Of a stretch of 64,000 bases of DNA, positions 42,095 through 53,817 are shown piece after piece; within the stretch, counting starts at the first letter, position 1; each line of letters opens with the position of its first letter. The notes under the pieces are model-generated. The model saw only the letters and a list, made by a program, of their open reading frames with translations, made no database searches and was not told the DNA's origin. The DNA is from Gammaproteobacteria bacterium (GTDB lineage: Bacteria > Pseudomonadota > Gammaproteobacteria > SZUA-140), in assembly GCA_016716465.1 (NCBI GenBank), contig JADJWH010000006.1, forward strand, positions 118,701 through 182,700. The letters run 5' to 3'. A program made the translations under genes and the position numbers.

Positions 42095-44773
42095 TTACAG
42101 CGCCAGCGTCACCCGCCTGACATTCTCCGCCCCTGCCACTTCGCTGACACAAAAACCCAGCGCCTCCGCCAGCGCGAGCATCTCGGTGTTCTGCGCAAGC
42201 ACTTCGCCCTCCATGCTTTCGAGTCCGCGCGCACGGGCGATCTCGATCAGGCGCTGCATCAGGCGGTGGCCGATGCCCTTGCGGTGCCAGGCGTCGGCGA
42301 CGACGATGGCAAACTCGCAGGAGCGGTGGTCGGGGTTGACGACGTAACGCGCCACGGCGACCTCGCGCTCCTGACCACCCTGGCTGACGACGGCGATCAA
42401 CGCCATCTCGAGGTCGTAGTCGATCTGCGTGAAGCGCATCAGCATCGCGGGCGTGAGTTCCTGCAGGCTCTGCATGAAGCGCAGGTATTTCGCCTGCGGC
42501 GACAGGCCGCGCACGAATTCCTGCTCGATGTGCGCGTCCTCAGGGCGGATCGGACGCAGTGTGACGTCGGTACCGTCGGGCAACGGGTAGGAAATGCTCA
42601 GCTCGGCGGGATAGGGATGGATGGCCATGTGGGCATAGGGCCGCGCGCCGGGGACGGCCGGCGCGATGCGCGCACGCGCGTCGAGCGCGAGCACGCCGCG
42701 ATCGTCGATGACGAGCGGATTGATGTCCAGCTCGCGCAGCTCGGGCAGCGCGCAGACCAGGTCGGACACGCGCCGCAGCACCGTCACCAGCGCGGACAGC
42801 TTCGCCGGCTTCATGCCGCGAAACTCCCGCAGCAGGCGGGACACGCGCGTGCCGGCGATCATCTCGCTGGCGATGAAGTCGTTCAGCGGCGGCAGCGCGA
42901 CGGCGCGGTCGTGCAGCACCTCCACCAGCGTGCCGCCGGCGCCGCAGCTGATGGCGGGGCCGAAGACCGGGTCCGCCACCACGCCGACCAGCAGTTCGCG
43001 CGTATTCGGGTTGCGCGCCATCGGCTCGACGGTCACGCCATGCAGCGTCGCGTCGGGGCGCTGCCGCTGGACCGATTCGAGCAGGTCGGCGCAGGCCGCG
43101 CGCAGCTCCGCCGTGCCGGCGATGTCGAGGCGCACGCCGCCGACGTCGGTCTTGTGCGTGATATCGGGGGAATCGATCTTGAGCGCGACCGGATACCCCA
43201 GCCGCTCCGCCGCCGCGACCGCCGCGTCGGCATCGCGCGCCGCGATACTGGGGATCACCGGGATGTGAAAGGCCTCCAGCAGCGCCTTGGCCTCGGTTTC
43301 GGTCAGGGTATCGCGCCCCTGCGCCAGCGCGACCCGCACCAGCCCGCGCGCCCGCGCGAGGTCCGGCGGCTCGTGATAGGACAGCGGCGCCGGCACCTGC
43401 AGCAGCAACTGCTGGTTGTGGTGGTGGCTGGCGAGATAGGAGAAGGCCTCGACCGCCTCCTCCGGCGTCTCGAACTGCGGGATGCGGTGGCGCGCGAACA
43501 GCGCGCGCGCCGCCTCCACCTGGGTATCGCCCATCCAGCAGGCCAGCACCGGCTTGGACGCGCCCGTCGCGGCGGCGACCACGGCCTCGGCCGCCGCGCG
43601 CGGGTGCGTCATCGCCTGCGGCGTCAGCATCGCGAGCACGCCGTCGACGGCTGGGTCGGCGAGACAGCCGGCGACTGCCGCGCGGTACAGCTCCGGGCCG
43701 GCATCGCCGAGCAGATCGATCGGATTTCCGCGCGACCAGCGCGCGCCGAGCTGTTGCGCAAGCGCGTTCACGGTCGCATCGGACAGGCGCGCCAGCGCCA
43801 CGCCCTGCTCCGCCGCGCGATCCGCCGCCATCACGCCGGGACCGCCGCCGTTGGTGACGATGGCGAGACGGTTGCCCTGCGCATGGCTGCCGCCGGCCAG
43901 GATCTCGGCGGCGGAGAACATCTGCTGCACGGTGAAGGCGCGCACCGCGCCGGCGCGACGCAAGGCCGCATCGAAGACGTCGTCGCCGCCGACCAGCGCG
44001 CCGGTGTGCGACATCGCCGCGTGCGCGCCTTCGCCGTGGCGCCCGGCCTTGATTGCCACCACCGGCTTCAGGCGCGCGGCCGCGCGCAGGCCGCTCATGA
44101 AGTTGCGCGCGTCGCGCACGCTCTCGATGTAGAGCAGGATGCCACGCGTGGGCGCGTCCAGCGCGAGGTAACCGAGCAGGTCGCCGAAATCGACGTCGAT
44201 GGCGTTGCCGAGCGAGACCACGGCGGAGAAGCCGATGCCGCGCGCCTGCGCCCAGTCGAGGATGGCGGTGCACAGCGCGCCGGACTGCGAGACCAGCGCG
44301 AGCTGGCCGGGCGGCGCCTGGTTGTTGCTGAAGGTCGCGTTCAGCCCGACGCGCGGGACCATGATGCCGAGGCAGTTCGGCCCGACCAGGCGCACGCCGC
44401 GAGCCTGCGCGGTCGCGCGCACCTGCTGTTCCAGCGTGCGCCCGGGCTCGCCCGTTTCACCGAAGCCCGCCGACAGCACCACCGCCGCGCGCACGCCGGC
44501 GGCCCCGCACTGATCGATGATCGCGGGCACGGTGGCGGCCGGCGTCGCGATGACGGCGAGATCAACCGGCGCGCCGGCCTCCGCCAGCGTGGCGTGGCAC
44601 GTCAACCCCTGTACGGTCGTGTGCTTGGGATTGATCGGATGGATGGCGCCCCGGAAACCGCCCGCACGCAGATTGCGCAGCACGATCTCCCCCACCGCCT
44701 CGGGCCGCTCGGTGGCGCCGAAGACGGCGACCGAACGCGGGGCGAACAGGCGATCGAGATAGTGGGGGCCCAT
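42095..44773 (-). CDS. pat: Bifunctional acetate--CoA ligase-like / GNAT protein lysine acetyltransferase
   Basis: LFAPRSVAV, GPNCLG, SQSGA, TNGGGPGV, NPIDLLGDA, HKTDVGGV, C-terminal GNAT (FTQIDYD, EFAIVVAD). Confidence 0.9.
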   Translation of the reverse strand: MGPHYLDRLFAPRSVAVFGATERPEAVGEIVLRNLRAGGFRGAIHPINPKHTTVQGLTCHATLAEAGAPVDLAVIATPAATVPAIIDQCGAAGVRAAVVLSAGFGETGEPGRTLEQQVRATAQARGVRLVGPNCLGIMVPRVGLNATFSNNQAPPGQLALVSQSGALCTAILDWAQARGIGFSAVVSLGNAIDVDFGDLLGYLALDAPTRGILLYIESVRDARNFMSGLRAAARLKPVVAIKAGRHGEGAHAAMSHTGALVGGDDVFDAALRRAGAVRAFTVQQMFSAAEILAGGSHAQGNRLAIVTNGGGPGVMAADRAAEQGVALARLSDATVNALAQQLGARWSRGNPIDLLGDAGPELYRAAVAGCLADPAVDGVLAMLTPQAMTHPRAAAEAVVAAATGASKPVLACWMGDTQVEAARALFARHRIPQFETPEEAVEAFSYLASHHHNQQLLLQVPAPLSYHEPPDLARARGLVRVALAQGRDTLTETEAKALLEAFHIPVIPSIAARDADAAVAAAERLGYPVALKIDSPDITHKTDVGGVRLDIAGTAELRAACADLLESVQRQRPDATLHGVTVEPMARNPNTRELLVGVVADPVFGPAISCGAGGTLVEVLHDRAVALPPLNDFIASEMIAGTRVSRLLREFRGMKPAKLSALVTVLRRVSDLVCALPELRELDINPLVIDDRGVLALDARARIAPAVPGARPYAHMAIHPYPAELSISYPLPDGTDVTLRPIRPEDAHIEQEFVRGLSPQAKYLRFMQSLQELTPAMLMRFTQIDYDLEMALIAVVSQGGQEREVAVARYVVNPDHRSCEFAIVVADAWHRKGIGHRLMQRLIEIARARGLESMEGEVLAQNTEMLALAEALGFCVSEVAGAENVRRVTLAL

Positions 44774-44783
44774 ACAAACGACG

Positions 44784-44868
44784 GTAAGGAGTGAGGCGTT
44801 AGGTGTGAGGAGTCAAGTATGAATCACGTCCAAACTTTCGCCTAACGCCTCACTCCTCACACCTCACG
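44784..44868. repeat. Inverted heptamer runs forming a hairpin
   Basis: gtaagga-gtgaggc-gttaggt-gtgagga and gcctaac-gcctcac-tcctcac-acctcac. Confidence 0.85.
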
Positions 44869-44870
44869 TT

Positions 44871-45266
44871 TTATTCCGGCCATTCCAGCGTGTATTCGAA
44901 CGCCGCGGTGCGGGCCTGGCCGGCGCAGGTGAAGGTGACCTCGATGCGCCAGTCGCCGCCCATGGAGTACTCGAACCCGGTCCCGGTGTAGGCGCCGCCG
45001 CCCGCATCCTTCATCGGGATGACGGTGGTATCGCTCGACATTTCCATTCCGGGCATGTGCTGCTGCAGCGTGACGGCGCAGCCGTCGGCGGGTGATCCGT
45101 CACGGCTCAGGGTGAATTTCAGTTCCGCCGGCGAACCCACCTTGAGCGGCGCCGGGTTCGTGCGCAGCGCGGCGGTGTAGCCATCGACCGTGGTCGTCTG
45201 CGCGTCGCCCCAGCCGGAGCACGCGGCGAGCCCCAACAGGACGGTCAGAACAAAGGTGCGTTTCAT
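44871..45266 (-). CDS. YtkA/FixH-like Ig-fold lipoprotein
   Basis: Lipobox LAAC, HMPGMEM, G.Y......SMGGDW. Confidence 0.65.
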   Translation of the reverse strand: MKRTFVLTVLLGLAACSGWGDAQTTTVDGYTAALRTNPAPLKVGSPAELKFTLSRDGSPADGCAVTLQQHMPGMEMSSDTTVIPMKDAGGGAYTGTGFEYSMGGDWRIEVTFTCAGQARTAAFEYTLEWPE

Positions 45267-45273
45267 GATCCCC

Positions 45274-45663
45274 TCAGTGTGGTTTTGCCTGGATCAGTTC
45301 GATGCGGTAACCGTCGGGATCCTCGACGAAGGCGATGACGGTGGTGCCGTGCTTCATCGGGCCCGCCTCGCGCACCACCTTGCCGCCGCGGCGCCGGATC
45401 TCGTCGCAGGCCGCGTAGGCATCCGCCACCTCGACGGCGATGTGGCCGAAGGCGGTGCCCATCTCGTATTTGTCGGTACCCCAGTTGTAGGTCAGCTCGA
45501 TGACCGCGCCTTCGGCCTCCGGGCCGAAACCGACGAAGGCCAGCGTGAACTTGCCCTCGGGATACTCCTGCAGCCGCAGCAGGCGCATGCCGAGCACCTC
45601 GGTATAGAACTTGAGCGAGCGGTCGAGGTCGCCGACGCGGATCATGGTATGGAGAATGCGCAT
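45274..45663 (-). CDS. gloA: Lactoylglutathione lyase
   Basis: [36 protein letters not shown]. Confidence 0.96.
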   Translation of the reverse strand: MRILHTMIRVGDLDRSLKFYTEVLGMRLLRLQEYPEGKFTLAFVGFGPEAEGAVIELTYNWGTDKYEMGTAFGHIAVEVADAYAACDEIRRRGGKVVREAGPMKHGTTVIAFVEDPDGYRIELIQAKPH

Positions 45664-45716
45664 GGCGCCAGTGTACGGGCAAACGCCGCCCGAGAAAAGT
45701 GCGGCGCGGGGACGCC

Positions 45717-46925
45717 CTACTCGTGGCGCAGCGCCTCGATCGGGTCGAGCCGCGCCGCGCGCCGCGCGGGGAAATAGCCGAACAGCACGCCGATGCCCGC
45801 CGAGAACAGGAAGGACACCAGGTTGATGCCGGGCTGGAACAGATACGGCACCTGCATCACCTGCGCCAGCACGAAGGAGGCGATGGTGGCGATCAGCACG
45901 CCGATCAGTCCGCCCAGCGAGGCGAGCACCACGGCCTCGATCAGGAACTGCAGCAGCACCTCGTATTCGAGCGCGCCGATCGCGAGGCGCAGGCCGATCT
46001 CGCGCGTGCGCTCGGTGACGCTGACCAGCATGATGTTCATGATGCCGATGCCGCCCACCAGCAGGCTGACCGCGGCGACCGCGCCGAGCAGCGTGGTCAT
46101 CACGCGGGTGGCGCTCGACATGGTATCGGCGATCTGGCGCGTGTCGAGCACGTTGAAATTGTCGATGTCGGCGGCGGACAGCTTGCGGCGCTCGCGCAGC
46201 AGCTCGGTGACGGCCGCCTGCACCTGCGCGCTGTCGGCGCCGTCCTCCATCGACACCAGCAGGGTGCGGACATTGAGGTTGCCGGTCACGCGGCGCTGCA
46301 TGGTCCGCAGCGGCAGCACGATAGTGTCGTCCTGATCCATGCCCATGGCGCCCTGCCCCTTCGCGGCCAGCAGGCCGATCACGACACAGGAGAACTGCTT
46401 GACGCGGATGCTCTGTCCCAGCGGGTCGGCGCCGCCGAACAGCTCGCGCCGCACCGTGGCCCCGATGACGCACACCGCCGCGCCGGCGCGCTCCTCCGCC
46501 GCGTCGAAGATGCGGCCGCCGGCCAGTGTCCAGTTGCTGATGTCGAAGTAATTGGCGCTGGAGCCGGAGGCGCTGGTGGACCAGTTGTTGGCGCCATAGA
46601 CCACCGTCACGGTGGACGTCACCTGCGGCGCCACCGCCCGCACGCCGCCGATCTGGGTCGCGATCGCCACGCCGTCGGCCTCCTTGAACGGCGGCGCGCC
46701 GAAGCCGCCGCCGCCCGGCCCCAGGCGCTGGCCCGGGCGCACCATGAGCAGGTTGCTGCCCAGGCTGGAGATCTGGTCCGACACCGCCTGCGTCGCGCCG
46801 CGCCCGAGCGTCACCATGGTGATCACCGCGCTGACGCCGATGACGATGCCGAGGATGGTGAGAAACGAGCGCAGCAGGTTGCGGCGGATCTCGCGCAGCG
46901 CGAGCAGCAGCGCATTCCACCACAT
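45717..46925 (-). CDS. MacB-type ABC permease
   Basis: [42 protein letters not shown]. Confidence 0.92.
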   Translation of the reverse strand: MWWNALLLALREIRRNLLRSFLTILGIVIGVSAVITMVTLGRGATQAVSDQISSLGSNLLMVRPGQRLGPGGGGFGAPPFKEADGVAIATQIGGVRAVAPQVTSTVTVVYGANNWSTSASGSSANYFDISNWTLAGGRIFDAAEERAGAAVCVIGATVRRELFGGADPLGQSIRVKQFSCVVIGLLAAKGQGAMGMDQDDTIVLPLRTMQRRVTGNLNVRTLLVSMEDGADSAQVQAAVTELLRERRKLSAADIDNFNVLDTRQIADTMSSATRVMTTLLGAVAAVSLLVGGIGIMNIMLVSVTERTREIGLRLAIGALEYEVLLQFLIEAVVLASLGGLIGVLIATIASFVLAQVMQVPYLFQPGINLVSFLFSAGIGVLFGYFPARRAARLDPIEALRHE

Positions 46926-47644
46926 CAGACCGTCTCCGCGCGTTGCGGCGCCCGCGGCGCGCCGTCGCCGTCGATGCGGCCGTCGAGGAAATGCACGACC
47001 CGGCTCGCGTAGGCCGCCATCTCGGACTCGTGGGTCACCATCAGCACGGTGATGCCGCGTTCCGCGTTGAGCGCGCGCACCAGCTCCATGATCTCGTGGC
47101 TGCGCCGGGTATCGAGGTTTCCGGTCGGTTCGTCCGCCAGCAGGACCCGCGGATGCGTGACGATCGCGCGCGCGATGGCGACGCGCTGCTGCTGTCCGCC
47201 CGACAGCTCAGCCGGGTTGTGATGCTCCCAGCCCGCCAGCCCCACCGAGGCCAGCGCCTCGCGCGCCGCGGCGCGGCGCGCGGCCGCGCCCTCGCCGCGA
47301 TAGAGCAGCGGCAACTCGACGTTCTCCTGCGCCGAGGTGCGCGCCAGCAGATTGAAGCCCTGGAACACGAAGCCGAAATAGCGCCGGCGCAGGCGTGCGC
47401 GCTGGTCGCGCGTCAGGCGTTCGACGTGCGTGCCGAGGAACAGGTAGTCGCCGCCGGTCGGCGTGTCCATGCAGCCGAGGATGTTCATCATCGTGGACTT
47501 GCCCGAGCCGCTCGGCCCCATGATCGCGACGAAACTGCCGGACTCGATGTCCATGTCCACGCCGCGCAGGGCCTGGAACGCGGCGATGCCCTGGCCGTAC
47601 ACCTTGGTGACGCCGCGCAGCCGGATCAGCGGCGCGGCATTCAC
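46925..47644 (-). CDS. MacB-type ABC ATP-binding subunit
   Basis: [26 protein letters not shown]; GTG start overlaps the upstream stop. Confidence 0.92.
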   Translation of the reverse strand: MNAAPLIRLRGVTKVYGQGIAAFQALRGVDMDIESGSFVAIMGPSGSGKSTMMNILGCMDTPTGGDYLFLGTHVERLTRDQRARLRRRYFGFVFQGFNLLARTSAQENVELPLLYRGEGAAARRAAAREALASVGLAGWEHHNPAELSGGQQQRVAIARAIVTHPRVLLADEPTGNLDTRRSHEIMELVRALNAERGITVLMVTHESEMAAYASRVVHFLDGRIDGDGAPRAPQRAETV

Positions 47645-48960
47645 GACGCCCCCGCCGCCCGCTGCCCGGTGATGACCGCCATGCCCGGCTGCAGTTGCTC
47701 GCCGCTGACCTCGGTCAGGAAGCCGTTGCTGACGCCGGCCTCCACCGGCACGGCGACGGCCTGGCCGTCGCGCAGCACCCACACCTGACGCGCCACCACG
47801 ACCTTGTCGTTGACGGTCTTGCTCTTGACGCCGGTGCGCGGCGGGCGTGGCATCAGGCTCGACACCAGTCCGCCGCCGTCCTGCCGCGGCGCCGCGCCGG
47901 CCTCCGCGCCGTCCGCCGGCGTGAAGCGCAGCGCCGCGTTGGGCACCAGCAGCACGTCCCGCCGCTCGGTGGCCGTGATCTGCGCCGTCGCCGTCATGCC
48001 CGGACGCAGGCTGAGATCCGAGTTGTCCACCGCCAGCACGGTGACATAGGTCACCACGTTGTCCTGGGTCGTCGAGCCGAAATCGACCCGGGTGACGGTG
48101 GCGGGATAATCGCGATTGGGATAGGCGCTGACGGTGAAGGTGGCGCGCTGCCCTTCGCTGACCTGTCCGACGTCGGCCTCGTCGACATTGACCTCGAGCT
48201 TCATCTGGGTCAGGTCCTCGGCCAGCGTGAACAGCGTGACCGCCTGCAGTGAGGCCGCGACGGCGTTGCCGGGATCGACCGAGCGCGCCAGCACGACGCC
48301 GTTGATGGGCGAGCGGATGGCGGCCTTGGACAGGTTCGTCTCGGCGGAGCTGAGCGCGGCGCGCGCCTCGGCCACGCCGGCGCCGGCGCCGGCCTCGTCC
48401 GCCAGCGCGCGCTGCAGCGCCGCCTGGGCCGTGGCGAGTTCGGATTGCGAGGGGACCTGGCCGCCGGACAGGCGCGACACTTCCTCCAGGCGCGCGAGGT
48501 TGTCGCGCGCCTCGCTGGCCGTGGCGGCGGCCTGCCGCACCGTGGCCTCGGCCGAGGTCAGCGCGGCGCGCGCCTGGGTGACCTGGTCGTTCAGCTTGGC
48601 GGTGTCGAGCTCGACCAGGACCTGTCCCTTCCTGACGTGATCGTTGACGTCCACCAGCACGCGCGCGACCGTCCCGGACAGCTCGCTGCCGATGTCAACC
48701 TGATTGGTCGGCTGCAGGATGCCGTTGGCGGTAACCAGCACCGTGAGATCGCCGCGCGCGACGGCCGAGGTCACGTAACGCGGCAGCGCGTCGGCGCGCT
48801 GATACGACTGCCACAACAGGACCGCGCCGATCGCGGCGGCGACCAGGACGCTCACGACCCAGGTCCCGGGCCGGCGCCACCACGGGCGCGCGCCGCCGTC
48901 GCCGAGCAGGCGGTCGATGTCCCCGCTCGAATCGGGGGTCGTGGAATTCTGCGTCACCAT
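47641..48960 (-). CDS. MacA-type periplasmic adaptor
   Basis: VDIGSELSG, IRSPING, VDEADVG, LRPGMTA; start at ATG 48960. Confidence 0.9.
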   Translation of the reverse strand: MVTQNSTTPDSSGDIDRLLGDGGARPWWRRPGTWVVSVLVAAAIGAVLLWQSYQRADALPRYVTSAVARGDLTVLVTANGILQPTNQVDIGSELSGTVARVLVDVNDHVRKGQVLVELDTAKLNDQVTQARAALTSAEATVRQAAATASEARDNLARLEEVSRLSGGQVPSQSELATAQAALQRALADEAGAGAGVAEARAALSSAETNLSKAAIRSPINGVVLARSVDPGNAVAASLQAVTLFTLAEDLTQMKLEVNVDEADVGQVSEGQRATFTVSAYPNRDYPATVTRVDFGSTTQDNVVTYVTVLAVDNSDLSLRPGMTATAQITATERRDVLLVPNAALRFTPADGAEAGAAPRQDGGGLVSSLMPRPPRTGVKSKTVNDKVVVARQVWVLRDGQAVAVPVEAGVSNGFLTEVSGEQLQPGMAVITGQRAAGAS

Positions 48961-50441
48961 CAGGTACTCCCTTGCGCCGCCGCGGGCGGCATGCGTTCGC
49001 TGTCTTCGTCGGCGGCCGCGGGCGTCCAGCCGCCGCCCAGCGCCTTGTACAGGCGCACGTAATCGGCGCCCAGTTCCGCCTCGGTGCCGGCCACGCCGTC
49101 CTGCGCGCTGAGCAGCGTGCGCTGCGTCTCGAGCACCGTCTGGAAATCGATCAGTCCGCTCGCGTAGCGGTTGTCGGCCAGCAGCGCGGCGTTGCGCGCC
49201 GCCTCCGCCGCGCGCCGCTGCGCCGCCAGTTGCTCGCGCGCCTTGCGCAGCGCGACCAGGGAGTCCTCGACATCCTGGAGCGCGGCCAGCACGACGGCGC
49301 GGTAATTTTCCTGCGCCTCGTCGAGCGCCGCCTGGCGCAGGCGCACCTGGGCGCGCCGGCCGCCGTTGTCGAACACGGGCAGGCTCACGCTGGCGAGCAG
49401 CGAGCGCACCACCGCCTCGCCCTCGGACAGGCCCGCGACGGTGAGCGCGCTGAGACCGAGCGAGCCGCCGAGCGAAAACGCGGGCAGGCGATCGGCCGTC
49501 GCCTGATCCACGCGCGCGGCGGCCGCGACGACCTGCGCCTCGGCGGCGCGGACATCGGGGCGCTGGCGCAGGGTCTCGGCCGGGATGACGAGCGCCAGAT
49601 CCTCCGGCGCCACGGGCAGCGGCGCCGCCGCGGACAGCGCGGCAGGCGCCGTGCCGGGCGCCTGCCCGGCGAGCACCGCGAGGCTGTTCAGGGTCTGCGC
49701 GATACTCGTCTCCAGCACCGGCAGTTGCGCCCGCGTCTGTTCGACGGCGGCGCGCGCCTGCTCCACCTCCAGCGAAGTCACCAGCCCGGCCTGCGCGCGC
49801 CACCGCGTCAGCTCCAGGGTCTGCTCCTGGCTGGCGAGGTTCGCGCGCGCGATGGCGAGGCGCGCCTGCAACCCGCGCAACTGCAGGTAGGCCACCGCTA
49901 CTTCGGCGGCCACCGACACGCGCGTATCGGCCAGGCTGCCGGCGCTGGCCTCGACGTCGGCATCAGCCGCGACCACGCCGGAACGCGTGGCGCCGAAGAT
50001 GTCGGGCTCCCAGCTGGCGTCGAACCCGGCGCGATACTGGCTCACCGCGCTGTCGCCGCCCGTCTTGCTGCGCTGGGCCGAGGCGGACGCGGTGACGGAC
50101 GGACCCAGCCCCGCCGCGGTCACGTCGCGCTGGGCGCGGGCCTGGCGCAGGCGCGCCTGCGCGGCGCGCACGTCGGTGCCCGCGGCCAGCGACCGCGTGA
50201 CGAGGTCAGTCAGGACGGGATCGTCGAAGCGCTCCCACCAGTGCGCGAGCGCGACGGAGGCGGCATCGGCGGCCGGCGTCGCGTCGCTCCAGGCGGCGGG
50301 CACGGCGACGCCGGGGTCCGGCGTCTGGCGCGCGGACGGTGCGGCGGCGCATCCGGCCAGCGCGAGGATCAGCGCCGCGGACGCTGCCATCCACGGGACG
50401 GGGCGCCTGAGGGCGCGCGGGAAATCGAAGGGATGCCTCAT
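48960..50441 (-). CDS. Efflux outer-membrane factor lipoprotein (NodT/OprM-like); start uncertain
   Basis: Lipobox LAGC, WW..FDDP.L, SWEPDIFG, LRQRPDV, LYKALGGGW. Confidence 0.9.
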   Translation of the reverse strand: MRHPFDFPRALRRPVPWMAASAALILALAGCAAAPSARQTPDPGVAVPAAWSDATPAADAASVALAHWWERFDDPVLTDLVTRSLAAGTDVRAAQARLRQARAQRDVTAAGLGPSVTASASAQRSKTGGDSAVSQYRAGFDASWEPDIFGATRSGVVAADADVEASAGSLADTRVSVAAEVAVAYLQLRGLQARLAIARANLASQEQTLELTRWRAQAGLVTSLEVEQARAAVEQTRAQLPVLETSIAQTLNSLAVLAGQAPGTAPAALSAAAPLPVAPEDLALVIPAETLRQRPDVRAAEAQVVAAAARVDQATADRLPAFSLGGSLGLSALTVAGLSEGEAVVRSLLASVSLPVFDNGGRRAQVRLRQAALDEAQENYRAVVLAALQDVEDSLVALRKAREQLAAQRRAAEAARNAALLADNRYASGLIDFQTVLETQRTLLSAQDGVAGTEAELGADYVRLYKALGGGWTPAAADEDSERMPPAAAQGST

Positions 50442-50551
50442 AAGGATCTGCGCGAAAAACCGTCCAGCCTTGTTCAAAAATAAACCCGTAGCGGCGGCAG
50501 CGCGATCCGCGGACTCCCGACGCGGCGGGGCCGCGCGGGAGCCCGTGCGCG

Positions 50552-51781
<1,230 letters not shown>

Positions 51782-51791
51782 GGTTAATCCC

Positions 51792-51823
51792 GTGAGGTGT
51801 GAGGAATCAGGTGTGAGGCGTAG
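51792..51823. repeat. TRAGG heptamer run upstream of argG
   Basis: gtgaggt-gtgagga-atcaggt-gtgaggc. Confidence 0.75.
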
Positions 51824-51991
51824 TTTACCGCAACCCCAAGCGGTGGGGACAGGCTTGGCACCCTCCCCGTCTCACCTGTCGATACCGCACGATCCACGAT
51901 GTCCATGCCCGACATACTAGACGGGCATGGTGCAAACGTGGGTCAGCGGAAGGTAAAGATGTGTAAATCCATCAGGAGACGGCAAGAGATG

Positions 51992-52016
51992 GGGGACAGA
52001 TTTGAAATCTGTCCCC
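51992..52016. repeat. GGGGACAG palindrome downstream of lpdA
   Basis: ggggacagattt-g-aaatctgtcccc; a half motif also sits at 51845. Confidence 0.9.
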
Positions 52017-52036
52017 GATTATGGCTGTCTCGATGG

Positions 52037-53812
52037 CTATTTGCGCTTCGGTGCGTAGATGTCGGTGCAACTGCCTTCGGCGACCTCGGCGGCGAAATTG
52101 AAGGTCTCGGACAGCGTCGGGTGCGGGTGCACCGTCAGCGCGATGTCCGCGACATCCGCCCCCATCTCCAGCGCCAGGACCGCCTCCGCGATCAGCTCGC
52201 CGGCGTTCGGGCCGACCATCGCGGCGCCGATGATCCGGTGCTGGGCATCGAACAGCACCTTGGTCATACCCTCGTCGCGCCCCAGCGACAGCGAGCGACC
52301 GCTCGCGGCCCACGGAAACACGCCTTTTTCGTAGGCGATGCCCTCGGCCTTGCACTGGTCCTCGGTCTTGCCCATCCATGCGACCTCGGGATCGGTGTAC
52401 GCCACCGCCGGGATCGTCCGGGCATCGAAGTGGGACTTCTGTCCGGCGATCACCTCGGCCGCGACCTTGCCCTCGTGGGTCGCCTTGTGCGCCAGCATCG
52501 GCTGGCCGATGACGTCGCCGATCGCGAAGATGTGCGGCACATTGGTCCGCTGCTGTTTGTCGGCCGCGATGAACCCGCGTTCGTCGACGCGGACGCCGGC
52601 CTTGTCGGCGGCGATCAACAAACCGTTCGGGCTGCGGCCGATCGCGACCAGCACCTGGTCGAAGGTATCGCTGGCCGGCGCGCCCTTGCCCTCGAAACGG
52701 CACACCAGCCCGTCGGCGGCCGGTTCGATCGCGGTCACTTTGGTATTGGTGTAAATGGCCTCGTAGCGCTTCTTGATCCGCCGCTCCAGCGGCCGCACCA
52801 CATCGCGGTCGGCGCCGGGGATCAGGCCGGGTGACAACTCGACGATCGTGACCTTGGCGCCGAGCGCGTCATAGACCGTCGCCATCTCGAGGCCGATGAT
52901 GCCGCCGCCGACGACCAGCAGCCGGCGCGGCACCTGCCGGATCTCCAGCGCGTCGGTCGAATCCATGACCCGGGGGTCATCCCACGGGATGAACGGCAGC
53001 TTCGTGACCCGCGAGCCGACCGCGATGATGCAATACTGAAAACCGATCACGGTCCTGCCGCCGTCGGTCGCCTCGACCTCGATCGTATGCGGCGACGTGA
53101 ACCTGCCGTAGCCCTGCACGATCTTGACCTTGCGCTGGCGCGCCAGCCCTTTCAGACCGCCGGTCAGCTTGCCGACCACGGCATTCTTGTGGGCGCGCAG
53201 CTTGTCGAGGTCGATCTCGGGCGTATTGAAACCGACGCCGATGTCGTGGAACTCCGCGGCCTCGTTGATCACCTGCGCGGTATGCAGCAGCGCCTTGGAC
53301 GGGATGCAGCCGACATTCAGGCACACGCCGCCGATGTCCGGATAGCGTTCGATCAGCACCACCTGTTTGCCGAGGTCGGCGGCGCGGAACGCCGCCGTGT
53401 AGCCGCCCGGTCCGGATCCGAGCACGACGACCTCGGCCTCGATGTCGACCTTGCCGTGGTAGCTCGCGGCGGCCGGCGCCGGTGCCGCGACGGGCGCCCC
53501 CCCCTGATCCGGATTGGCCGGCTGGGACGGCTGCGCCGCCTTGCCCGGCGGCGCGGCCGACGGGGCCGCGGCGGCGGTCTCCAGCGTCAGGATCGAACTG
53601 CCTTCCGAGACCTTGTCACCGAGCGCCACCAGCACCTGTTTGACGACGCCGGCCTGGGGCGACGGGATCTCCATCGAGGCCTTGTCGGACTCGACCGAGA
53701 TCAGCGAATCCTCGGCGCTGACCGTATCGCCGGGCTTGACCAGGATTTCGATGACCTCGACACCGGAAAAGTCGCCGATGTTGGGCACCTTGATTTCGAT
53801 GACAGTGCTCAC
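52037..53812 (-). CDS. lpdA: Dihydrolipoyl dehydrogenase with N-terminal lipoyl domain
   Basis: ESDKASME lipoyl motif, [28 protein letters not shown]; GTG start at 53812. Confidence 0.96.
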   Translation of the reverse strand: MSTVIEIKVPNIGDFSGVEVIEILVKPGDTVSAEDSLISVESDKASMEIPSPQAGVVKQVLVALGDKVSEGSSILTLETAAAAPSAAPPGKAAQPSQPANPDQGGAPVAAPAPAAASYHGKVDIEAEVVVLGSGPGGYTAAFRAADLGKQVVLIERYPDIGGVCLNVGCIPSKALLHTAQVINEAAEFHDIGVGFNTPEIDLDKLRAHKNAVVGKLTGGLKGLARQRKVKIVQGYGRFTSPHTIEVEATDGGRTVIGFQYCIIAVGSRVTKLPFIPWDDPRVMDSTDALEIRQVPRRLLVVGGGIIGLEMATVYDALGAKVTIVELSPGLIPGADRDVVRPLERRIKKRYEAIYTNTKVTAIEPAADGLVCRFEGKGAPASDTFDQVLVAIGRSPNGLLIAADKAGVRVDERGFIAADKQQRTNVPHIFAIGDVIGQPMLAHKATHEGKVAAEVIAGQKSHFDARTIPAVAYTDPEVAWMGKTEDQCKAEGIAYEKGVFPWAASGRSLSLGRDEGMTKVLFDAQHRIIGAAMVGPNAGELIAEAVLALEMGADVADIALTVHPHPTLSETFNFAAEVAEGSCTDIYAPKRK

Positions 53813-53817
53813 GGTGA

